Source of the DNA: Asterias rubens | Taxonomy: Eukaryota | Assembly (NCBI RefSeq): GCF_902459465.1 | Contig: NC_047072.1 | Coordinates: 14,818,001 to 14,882,000 of the forward strand | Length of the DNA stretch: 64,000 nucleotides | Direction of reading: 5' to 3' | Shown: in pieces, positions 11,766-22,248 of the stretch | Position numbering within the stretch: the stretch's first letter is position 1 | Layout of the letters: each line of letters begins with the position of its first letter | Program-made: the position numbers and the translations under genes | The notes under the pieces: model-generated | What the model saw: only the letters and a program-made list of their open reading frames with translations | The model's database searches: none | Told to the model about the DNA's origin: nothing

Positions 11766-14700
11766 TCATAATGATACGCAGCTATCCGCTGGGATGAGCC
11801 CCATTTTCTGCAGAGCAGCGGCAGCGGCTTGTGCCTTGGCTTGTTTTTTGTTGGGGCATGACACACTGGGTTGATACTCCTCATTGTTGATTCGCACCTG
11901 GAGTAATAAAAATAAATACATTTGATAACCATTATATCATCAAAGTGTATGAAAGTCTTGTTGTCAAACCTGACCCCTACTTCCACTCTGTTAGGCTTTC
12001 TCAGGCTACATTTGGTTATTGCGAGTATAATGTATACTAAACCCAACTACTCTTCATGACATGGGACTTGCCTTAAAGATAAAGCTCTTCTTGTGGGCTG
12101 GTCCTTTGTCTTCCACCAGATCAAAAGAGGGTGGTGACCACTTTCGCTTGTTGCAGATTTCCATGAGTGCAGAGACGGGATGCTTCCCTGATAAATCTTT
12201 GAAGATGGCCTTAGGGACTTGGTTCTTCTTGCGGCGTTGCTCATCTTCAGCTACAAGACCTGAGATGAGAAGTATAAAGCAAGCATTGAGTGACCAACTT
12301 GATAAATACCACTATTTTCAATTGCAACCTTCTGTACTTACCCATACATCCCCTCAATGGTCGCACTTACCGTGGTAAGCACTCCTTTTCTTCTATTATT
12401 AAGGTCAAATTTGTAGTATACTTTATGATTAAGTTTTTTTTAAATACTGTGTAGTCGGGTTGATTTACAGTGGACATTTTGTATGAGGCATTTTAATTTA
12501 TCTTAATCTGACCCCTTGAAAAAAAACTAACATGTGTCTGTGTAAAGTTATTTACCATGTCACTCAAAAACCGTACTATTAAGTCAAAGAACTAACCCAG
12601 GGTAATTTGACAATTGGCATGCTCTTTGGCTAGTGTTTAATAAGGAGCTTGAAACGTTGACATCTTTGGGTGAAATATTTGGCGGAGTACACTTTTGTGG
12701 ACAAACATAATATTTTAGAACAGTGCAGTGTCTTTATGCACAGTTTTATAATGAATTAACCACTGGCTTGTCTTACACCTCTAAATAACATTTAAAATAA
12801 AAGAGTTATGAAACTAAACATGTCGCAATTACATCACTTCGGTACCTTTTCTGTCTGTTTTGACGTCCAGTGCCAGCGGTTCCAAGACTCCTTCATTATT
12901 CTTGCCAAGACCTTCTCCTTGCTTCCATCCCATCTTGGCCATCAGCATGGCCCCCACGCCTCCCTTCAAAGGAGTCTGGTTGTGAAACATATCCTGTAGC
13001 AATACCGAAAAGTTTCAATGTTGGGGAAGGTAAGGGGAGACAATGGAAAACAATGTGTTATAATGTGCATTAAAATATCCCAATTTACAAACATTGTTTT
13101 ATAACGGAATAGGTTTTAAGACTGACTATTCTGCTAGTGTTTCATTAAAATCATATCACTTTCACACCAGATCTAAGAATGATCAAAAAAGGGTCGTCTA
13201 TTAGGATTTACCCAAGAAACCATTGCACTTGCCTTTTTGCAAATGTTTTGCAGTTGAATTTGAATGTATTGTTCTTTGCCAAAGACTTGAATTTTCTGCA
13301 ACTTTCTTTCAACTTAAATAATGTCCAAAACGATGTTACTTAACTAAAATACTTTGTACTTGTAAGGGTCTCTGCTTTATAAGACACCTTTCATGAAACC
13401 TTCAACACTCGCACAATATTTCACATGTTATCATCGCTAATAGTTTAGCTTAACTAATAGTTTAGCTTAACTAATAGTTTAGCTTAACAAAGTAGAAACT
13501 AAACTGATCTGTTGGAACTACTAATAATTGCATGTTGAAAACACTCCATAAATAGATTCTGCCTTGTCATTGGTTTAGAGTGCATCACATGACATGTACT
13601 ATACCCGTAGCAACCAATGTAATGTATCAATAGTAACTGAGGTACAGTACCAGTAGCAACAATCGTACTACACATGTAGCAGTGCTAGCTTCTTGGTACC
13701 TAGAAGTCAAGGCAGAATTTATATATGGGGATGTTATACAACAAATATGGACTGCTTTTACTCATGCTATGGTTTAACAGACTCCCTCAGTGAACCCAAT
13801 CAGGGATAGATAAAGTGCTCCTGGGATCACCTTAGAAGTTGCAGTTTCCATAGCACTCGGAGGAGTCTATATTTGTGTACTAGTTGATTTGTATAAGAGT
13901 TATTTTAAGCACACAAGTGAACCTCCCATTTTGCCAAGACAAAAAGGGTAAACAACATAATATAGTTGCGTTCGATTCCAGCATCTATCAGACACATGTA
14001 TGCTTAAATTACCTCTTACCTACCCATACCGCGTTGTACATTATCAATCCGATCTCTCCGTCGCACAGTTTATTTCAAGTCAGATGGATCTTCCAGAGAG
14101 AGCTGCAATGTGCTTGGTAACGTTTGCCTGTAACAAGTTTCCAGTGTTGTCAAGAGTGCTGCCCACACCCATGGCAGGAGTGGAATAGACCTCTCCTGTC
14201 ATGGGTGCATGTGTACATTGGGTGGATTTATTACGGGTTCAAGGGGTGGTGTATAGGGTACTGCAACAATCTATCTATAAGTGGGTGCTCACCAATGCTA
14301 CAAGTCCCTAGTTCCCTAACTGTATATTAGTATCATTAGTAGGCACTAAGAAAGCAAGAGTAGTGCCTTTTTATTTGAGAATAAGCCCCATCACAAGTTC
14401 AGTAACTTTAGGCAGCATCAGGTAACTTTGGCTATAGCTATGGCTTTATATGCCTTTTCAGCAATCCAGTCATAACACAGCTACAGTAAAAATGGATATA
14501 CTTTTTAAAGTGTAACTATTCTATGTAGCATTACATTTCAAGGTGATCTGTCTATAGAATTAAGAATAAAGGGATAGTACAATCCCTTATATGAAGTGGG
14601 ATTTAACAGTAGAGGTACTATGGCAGCACTCTTGTGACAAGTAACATACAATTTGAGCAAGGGAGGCCAAGTTCAGGGAAATGTTCAGCCAGAACGGCAA

Positions 14701-17700
14701 AGCTCCCCCCCCTCAGAAACAAGGGGGGAGTATTTGTAACTCAAAAGACAGCAAAGTTAGGAATGATCATGAAACAATATGGATTCTGTACCATGGGTTT
14801 TAAAACTTGAGTGGGTCAGGCTCAGCAGCCCCTTAGTGCATTTATGGAGTTTTAAAAACTATTCGATTCCACATGTTGGAAAGAACAATTGGAGGAACTT
14901 CAAGTAGATTGTTCTGTATAGTCTGAGAGCTATAAATGTCATTATAATGATAATAAACTGAATTAAATGATAAAGATTGTGTTTCAACCATGTTTATCAC
15001 TTTTACAGTTTTGAAACAAACCAGCAACAAATCTTCACAATTTCTTTACCAATGTGCCACATTACTATGTTAACCAACAACATTGTTTACAGACTCAACT
15101 GATCACAAGCCTCCCTTTACTAGTTGGCCAGTCCCCTGCTCAAATTGAACTGGAAACCTGCTAGGGTTCATACACACATATATCTTCTAAAACTACATCT
15201 AACTAGAGAAAGTAAAGAAATTTCAAGCCACAAAATGACTTCGAAATTTTCCTATAGGGCTTTTTATTGTTTGACAAACATAGGAGATTGAGAAATAGTG
15301 TTTGTATAATTTAAAATGGACCCCACTGAAAAATAAAGATAAAAACTGAAGTTAACATTGGATTTTAATCTCCCCCGGTTATAAAATGGACTTTTGTGAA
15401 TGTCAATATAGTGCAGACAATTGGAACGCAAAGGTTAATAAGAATTCAGAGACAATTGTGTAGCTAACCTTCTTTGCCCATGCCTGAGCTCTTGGGTCCG
15501 AGTTGGCAAGTTGCTCAGGGCGGAGTGTTCGCAATCCGGTATCACCGGTAAACATTCCTGGCTTCTGCTTACACATTGTCCAGTTACGAATCTGCGCAAA
15601 ACAAATTTAATGCAAACAATAAAAATTCTTTATTCAAATATTCTAGTTATTACATTTTCATGAAAAACACTTCTTTGTTTCTGTATACTTATCCCTTAGC
15701 GCTAAATTCAGCAGCTTTGGCTTGTATGCTCCTCAGGGAGTTGAGAAAGTTTGAGGAATGGTTTTAGTACTTCTGATGAACAGGGATTTTAAAGTTGTAT
15801 GTACAAGTATTATTATTGTTATTAACTAATGTAACTTGAAATGACTTTGTTGCACCGACAGATTTACAGAAAAGTGGATGAGAAAAGACTGGATGTAAAA
15901 CTTTCTGATGATGCCAGCAGGTAACATACAATCCTTTGAACAATTTATGAAAAAAATGATTTAGTTTGTACCTGTGTCTGAGCCTTATGCATGACTGATA
16001 AAGCCTCCACATCATTAGGGTTACTCTCAAGCCGTCTTGCTGCCTTAAGTCTTGCCGATACCATCGCTGCAATGTCGACTTTCTGTTAAGATACAATCAG
16101 AAAACATCTGGGTTAGCAGCTCTTGTTTATGAAGTAGCCTTTTATTTGCCAATGTTACAACGGAAAATTAGTAACTTTCTTTTTGATTACAAAATGTGAA
16201 GTTTGTGCAAGTGTCTTGTACATTTTCTCTGAACTAGATTGCATATATTGTTCCTTCCTCCTGTGCATATATTGTTTCCTTCCTGTGCATATATTGTTCC
16301 TTCCTGTGCATATATTGTTCCTTTACTAATTTATTTGGGTTTACTGTCTTAATGTTTTGCCATTTTTACTCTTCAGATTGTTTTGTAAGGTCCTTGTACT
16401 TTCATTTGTTTTGATTGCTGTATATTTTCCTGTTGTAAAATTTTAATATTTTTATAACTACTTTGTTATGCGCTTGTGTACATTTTATGGAATGGGCGCA
16501 ATATAAATGAATAAATTATAATAATTTTTATTGTATTACTTTGTGAAGCATGTACCTGAATTGGAACTTCCTCAAACACTGGTTCTACTTTCTTTGGTTG
16601 AACTGGAGGCACTGCAGCTACTCCTATAGGAACTGGCAACTGTGCTGCGTGTGCAGCTGTGTGTACCTCTGCTGCCCTTTGAACGGCAGCTGCAGCAGTT
16701 ACAGCTGCATATTCAGCAGCAGCGGCTGCAGCAGGTATGGCAGAAGCTGCAGCGATGGCACTAGTGGATGGCAAAGCTCCAGCTATTATTCCAGCAAAGG
16801 TTAGAGGAGCTTGTGGCATTGGAATGACGGGTGCTGTAACAACAGGCGTTGCAGCAGGGATTGCAGCAGCAGGGATTGCAGCAACAGGGATTGCAGCAAC
16901 AGCAGTTGGTACATTAGTGGTGAGTGGTGGTGGCATAGCAGCTGCAGCTACTGCTGCATCAGGAGCTACTGCAGGGGGAGCTACAACTGCTGCAACAACT
17001 GGTTGCATTGATGTTTCTGTGTGTGTAAACAAAAGTACAAATTAATTGTTGTTGTAAGCGGCAATTTCTACAACTCCATCATCAATATCATTTACAGTGG
17101 TAAAACAATACTGGATTTGCCAATTTCAATTGATGACGATAGTGACAAATTTGTCTTCATCTCAGAAATGCATCTGTGAAAAATAAAACCAGAATTTGCT
17201 ACAGATTTTTTTGGAAAAAAAACCAAAAAAACAATATACAGGCCTCGAATTACACGCAGGCCATGGAGGCCCCCTGGATTTAGGTTTCCCATTAGATTTT
17301 TCAATGGGAATGCCCTTTGCAAAATGAAAATGCCCTTGTCCTTTCAACATGTTCAAGATGAAATTCCAGACCTGAATATAGATAGCGAGACCTACCAGTG
17401 GCTGTTAATGTTGCACCCACAGCTGCTACTGTTGCTTCTGCAGATGTCATTGTAGTAATCCCAGGGATAGGTATTATCTTAGTAGTTGGTTTAGCTACAG
17501 GGTCCATCATTTTGGGTTTCTTCTCCACAGCTATCCAATCTCCATAGGGATTGAGTCCCAACTCATCCTCTTTCTTACGGTGTTGGGAGCCGCTTGAGAC
17601 GGGGAAGGTCAGGCGGAGCATCTCTTTGTCTTGGATTGGCTTCTGGACAGCATTCTGGTAAAACAAATTTTTCACAATAATTTGCTAAGCAGGAATAAAC

Positions 17701-20700
17701 AAGAGACCAAGAAGCTCATTCCCTTGGTGCCCTTGAAATGCTACAGTATGCTACAGTAGAAATTTACATTTCCTCATAGGGTGCCCTTTACCAAGAAGAA
17801 AATGCCTTGGTGCCCTTGCCCTTTCAAAAATGAAGCATACGGGCCCTCCTTTGTACTATGGTTCCTACAGCCTGTCAAGGCCAAGCCGGTCTTGAGCCAT
17901 GAACAAAGTCATCACCACCCCCCTCCCTCCCCCATCAACAAGAGGCACATGTTTTCTTACCTTGATATTCATCACAATCCCCAGTGGAGCTTCCCTGACT
18001 TTGAATGGATGCCTGATAAATGGTTCATCATTCTCTTCATCTGAACCAACGGGTCTGTTAACAGGTGAATCATCAGAGTCGGAGTAGTCCTTCTGCTTGC
18101 TGGAGATCTCCTTACAAACAGCCGTTAACTCTGCAACACTTCTCCCCTCTGCAAGATATTCAGTTTTAATAGACTTTTTAAAGAAAGATAAATAAATATG
18201 TGATTTGTGCAATGCATGTACAGTTTGTAAACATAAATCCAACCCGTGGTAATTGGGTGCTTGGCGCAATGGTTCATGTGTGACTGATTTAGCTCCCAAC
18301 AAACTGGAATGCACTTCAAGAGTTCAGTGAATGAGTTGTCCCAACAGCTTGTCCATAGAACGTCTTGCTTGATGAGAAATTAAGTATTGTCATACTTGAT
18401 TTTTATAAAACACATGGTTTATATAAAACACAACAAGTAAATTTGGGGGTCTGCTGCAATTTCAAGCACTTGCCGAAAGATACTGCAACAAAGCCAACAA
18501 AATTACCTGTTGTGTTTTGTAACCCTTTTGTTGGGAATCGTTAGAGTGGACGGTTACAATCATTGCAATTGCCAAAAACTTACCTTTTTTATCAACTCTT
18601 GTTACAGTACTTTTTGGAGTCAACTTCATGTACGGCGGAAACTCCCCACTCTGCATTTTGGCATAGGCATTGGCTTTAGCAATCTCAAGCAGTTTAGCTT
18701 TGTCAATTCTAAACTCATCAACCTTATAAGGAGATCTTGAGCGAGATCGCCGTCTGTGCTTTAAGTCACGATTTGAGTAATGCATGTCATATGTCCTTTT
18801 TCCATAGTAATCTCTTTCTCTTGAGTTGGATTTGTGTTTGTGATCTCTTGGTGATTTGGATCGGGATCTTGATGAATGACGTCGCTTCTTGTGAGATGAT
18901 GATTTATGTATTGATGGGGATTGAGACCTGGAACGTGACTTATGCTTCCTCTTACTGCTGCTTTTACTCTTTTCATCCTTTTCATCCCCTTTATCTTTGT
19001 GTTTACTTTTATGTTTCTTGTCATGTTTGTGTTTTTTCTCCGTCTCTAAGTTCACCACTTCAGCACCATCCTCTTTGTCCTGTGCATCTTCCTTATCTTT
19101 TGATTTTGATTTCTTTTTGTTTTTGTCCTTATGCTCTTTCTTGTCTTTGTCTTTTTTCTTCTCCTTCTTGCTCTTGTCCTTGTGTTTATCCTTGTCTTTT
19201 GGTGATTCTTTATCCTTAACCTTTTCCTTATGCTTATGTTTCTTATGTTTGTGTTTCTTGTGTTTCTTTGATTTCTTTGTGTTCTCATCTTTAATTTCTC
19301 CACTTGAGTATGAGTCTTTGTCGTCTTCTTTGTTACTCTTTATCTCCCCTTCTCCTTCTTCATCATCACTCTCACTAGATGGAGACAACTCTCCCTCTTC
19401 ATACACCTTCCTCCAGGGCTTCCCGTCTTTCATCTCTGCATCATCCTCATTTTCACTGTCATCTGAACTACTTCCTTCATCATCGTCATCTTCTTCCTTT
19501 TCCTCAGCTGCATCTTCCTTTTTCTCCTTTAATACTTCAGTTTCAATTGTCTTTGTAAAGAGCTTGATAGTTATTTTCTTGTCTTTGCTGTCTTTACTGG
19601 TGACGTCTGCTTTCTTTTGATTTGGTTCCTTCACCTTTGCATCTGTTTCTGTTTCATTGATGTACGACTCTTTTTCTGAAGGCTTCATTTGTTTATTCTC
19701 ACTCTCGACTGTTTCTTGGGATGGTGTATGATCTGTTTGTTCATTGATTTGCGCTTCATCTTCAGGTTTTCCTTTGGTTTCTTTATTTTCAGTTGTTTCT
19801 TCTTGAACACCGTTTTTGTTGCTTTGTATGATCATGTCCTCAGTGGTATCCCTAAAAATAGATAATCAAATAAAATGCAAGTTAAATAAAAGATGCAGGG
19901 GTTATCACAGAATAGCAGGAACTACATTGAGCACCACCTCAGAATTTTGTTCAATCAACCTGGCTTCACCTACAAGGTTTGTTTGACGTTGATTTAATGT
20001 AACAATTTTGAATTATTAAACTTTCATGATTGACTGCTCAAACATTGGATGAAAAATAGCCCAGGTTGCATGCAACGCGACAGAGTCCAGGGTATAAAGG
20101 TCCTGTACCATTGGCCTGTACTCCTACGACCGAAAATTTGAGTACAGCGCGCAAGTTACTGGGTCTTACTCCAAGCCATGCAACTATGAGCTCACACTAT
20201 CACACTATCACATACTTCATGATGATCACATCGCTAATTTCCTCCAGGGATATATTTGTTACTGCTGAGCTCATCGAAAATGCATTGTATTTGTATTCGT
20301 GGTTTCCAGTACCAGACGAGTGTCCATATGTTTTGTACACAAAGCACGGATTGGGTATTTTTTCTTTCCAGGACGAACGTGTGCAGATAATTATCCACGT
20401 TTGTCCTGGGAAAAAAATACGCGCACGACCCCCCCACCCATCACAACAGGCTGGGCATGTGGTCAACCCCCCCCCCCCCCAAATCATGCCTATGCCCCTC
20501 CCCCTTTCCCCAGACCCGGGGCGTGCGAGTGTAAAAATGTACGAATTCAATTCTTTTGTATTGTGTCAATAAACGTTCGATCTATAGTAACATATACAAC
20601 TGTACAGGTTTGTTTGAGCTTACTCGGTTCCTTGTTTTTCCTTGAGTTCCTGCATTTTTTGCAACGAAAAAGTTCGTAGCACCTCGTCCAGACTGGCCAT
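11766..20700 (-). CDS. SON: SON splicing cofactor (K/H-rich and RS regions, G-patch, dsRBD), 984 aa
   Basis: Exons 20700-20624, 19851-18584, 18148-17961, 17654-17396, 17016-16556, 16082-15972, 15591-15469, 12993-12846, 12259-12072, 11897-11766; 2955 nt in frame. N-terminus MASLDEVLRTFSLQKMQEL; motifs IDKAKLLEIAKANA, FPVSSGSQHRKKE, YGDW; G-patch GGVGAMLMAKMGWKQGEGLGKNNEG; dsRBD KDLSGKHPVSALMEICNKRKW...PNKKQAKAQAA. Confidence 0.95.
11898..12071 (-). other. GC-AG intron, last intron of SON, splitting the dsRBD
   Basis: Donor AAG|GCAAGT. The GC site is needed to join ...FIFK to VRINNEEYQP... in frame. Confidence 0.85.
13437..13488. repeat. 17-bp tandem repeat x3 (CTAATAGTTTAGCTTAA)
   Basis: Three exact copies. 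Confidence 0.9.
16240..16321. repeat. ~21-bp tandem repeat x4 (TGTGCATATATTGTTCCTTCC)
   Basis: Four near-identical copies in SON intron 5. Confidence 0.85.
17720..17880. mobile_element. Copy of the GTGCCCTT-rich MITE-like family in SON intron 3
   Basis: Direct similarity to 8836-8989. Confidence 0.65.
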
Positions 20701-21231
20701 TTTGGTTTTCATGCAAGTAAAGTGGCACCAGCCCGTCAAGGGTTGTTGAACATTTTTTGTACGGGTAATCTTCTGTATTAAAAGAAGTAAAAACTACTAT
20801 AATACATTTTAAAGCAAAAAATGTTGCAAGTATTTTGTTTAATATTTATTAAAAAATCTTGAAATTAATTTGTTAACTTCATAATAAAAGCAATGGGATA
20901 TCTTTACTACTTATTCTTCTCTTCTAAAAAACAAACACCCTTTTAAAACATGGACTCGCCCAATTAGAGTTAGTGTGTACTCTGACACCCTGTCTTCTTG
21001 TCGTATGCACTGCATGCATTCCGTCGTAAAGCAAATGCCTCTGCATTCTACAAAGTACACAACAAATTTAACACATGAGAGTACGTGCGTACGTGTAATG
21101 GTCCCATGGTCTGCTGATTTTAGTGAACGGTACGTGAATTATTCGCTAAAACAAAGTACGTTTTATTGGGTTATATAAAATAGTTCTAAATAAATATGCA
21201 TTTTTTTTATTCTCGTAAACTTTAAGCCTAA

Positions 21232-21330
21232 AGGCTGCAGCGCTGGTAGCCCCACTTGTGTGGCCAAAGGATAGCTGAACAGGATTCTTAATCCTTGGCC
21301 ACACAAGTGGGGCTACAGTGCTGGTGGCCT
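21232..21330. repeat. Inverted repeat / hairpin with ~40-bp arms
   Basis: GTAGCCCCACTTGTGTGGCCAA (21246) pairs with TTGGCCACACAAGTGGGGCTAC (ending 21316), with weaker outer extension. Confidence 0.8.
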
Positions 21331-21426
21331 GGAATGGAAAGGACTTCTTGCAAATTGTGAAATTATTTGATTGAATTGTTTCACAGTTTCATCCCCCAAA
21401 TGTGATAAAGGTTGGATAACTTTCCG

Positions 21427-21542
21427 TATGGCGCCACCACCTTTTCACTAATTTTTACAAAAAGGGATATCTCATTTGAGGTAAATTACTTATATTATAA
21501 TACTATATTATTTCAATCAAATGAAAAAGTGGTGGCGCCATA
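21427..21542. mobile_element. 116-bp mini-MITE with TA ends
   Basis: TIR TATGGCGCCACCAC.TTTTCA / TGAAAAAGTGGTGGCGCCATA. Confidence 0.8.
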
Positions 21543-22097
21543 CAGAAACTTTTCCGTTTTGCTATTTTCCTATTGGTGGAGAGCGCGTCACGTGGGTGTG
21601 TATATAAAACATTGATAAACCTTTGTTTATGACCAGTAAAAAGTGTTGAAACATGGGCACGACACATGAGCTTGCACCTGTTCTTATAAGACAGTTTCTT
21701 CATTCCTTTTGATCGAGAGCAACGGCTGAAACAGTTGTGCCATGGCCCACATCACGCGATACGCGCGACGTGCACAGCATTCCCTTATAAGGAGTTATTT
21801 ACCTGAGGGCGGCGGAGGGCTTTACCATTTCATAGCTGGAGGGGTGTTGTGTTGAAAGAAATCATTGAATTTTGCATTTATTTTACTTTTTGACCAAAAA
21901 GTGTTTATGGAAAGGTATTTATGAATGGGAATCAAAGTGTGTTGAATCAGTTTTCAACTAGTGTAGTAGTTTAAACCCGCCGAGGCCTGGTTCTTGATAA
22001 TTTACCTCGACTTTGTCTCGGTAAAATTATCAAGAACCAGGCCTCGTTGGGATTAAACCAATAGTTGAAAACCTCTTCACCACCATTGATTCCCTTA
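21543..22097. mobile_element. ~560-bp dispersed repeat, copy 2 (inverted relative to 4254-4813)
   Basis: Reverse-complement match to 4254-4813, including the long hairpin. Confidence 0.85.
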
Positions 22098-22248
22098 GTA
22101 TTACTTTTTCTTTTTTTGATTTTAAAGCCAACTTTATATTTTCACAATTTTATTTATTTGTTATGTCTACAGAAAAGTAGTTTCGATACAACAAGGGAAA
22201 GTTGACTTTCCTTTTTGAAGTTGTTGGATTTGAATGCAACCTATCAAG

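Noticed and set aside
15862-15920. Plus-strand exon-like segment (CAG|...CAG|GTAACA, IYRKVDEKRLDVKLSDDAS) inside SON intron 6
   Set aside because: Isolated 59-nt segment with no partner exons or recognisable homology; compatible with chance.
18737-19620. Plus-strand hydrophobic ORFs (160 and 207 aa) rich in Phe/Leu/Ser/Cys
   Set aside because: Antisense shadows of the Lys/Asp/Glu-rich SON exon 2.
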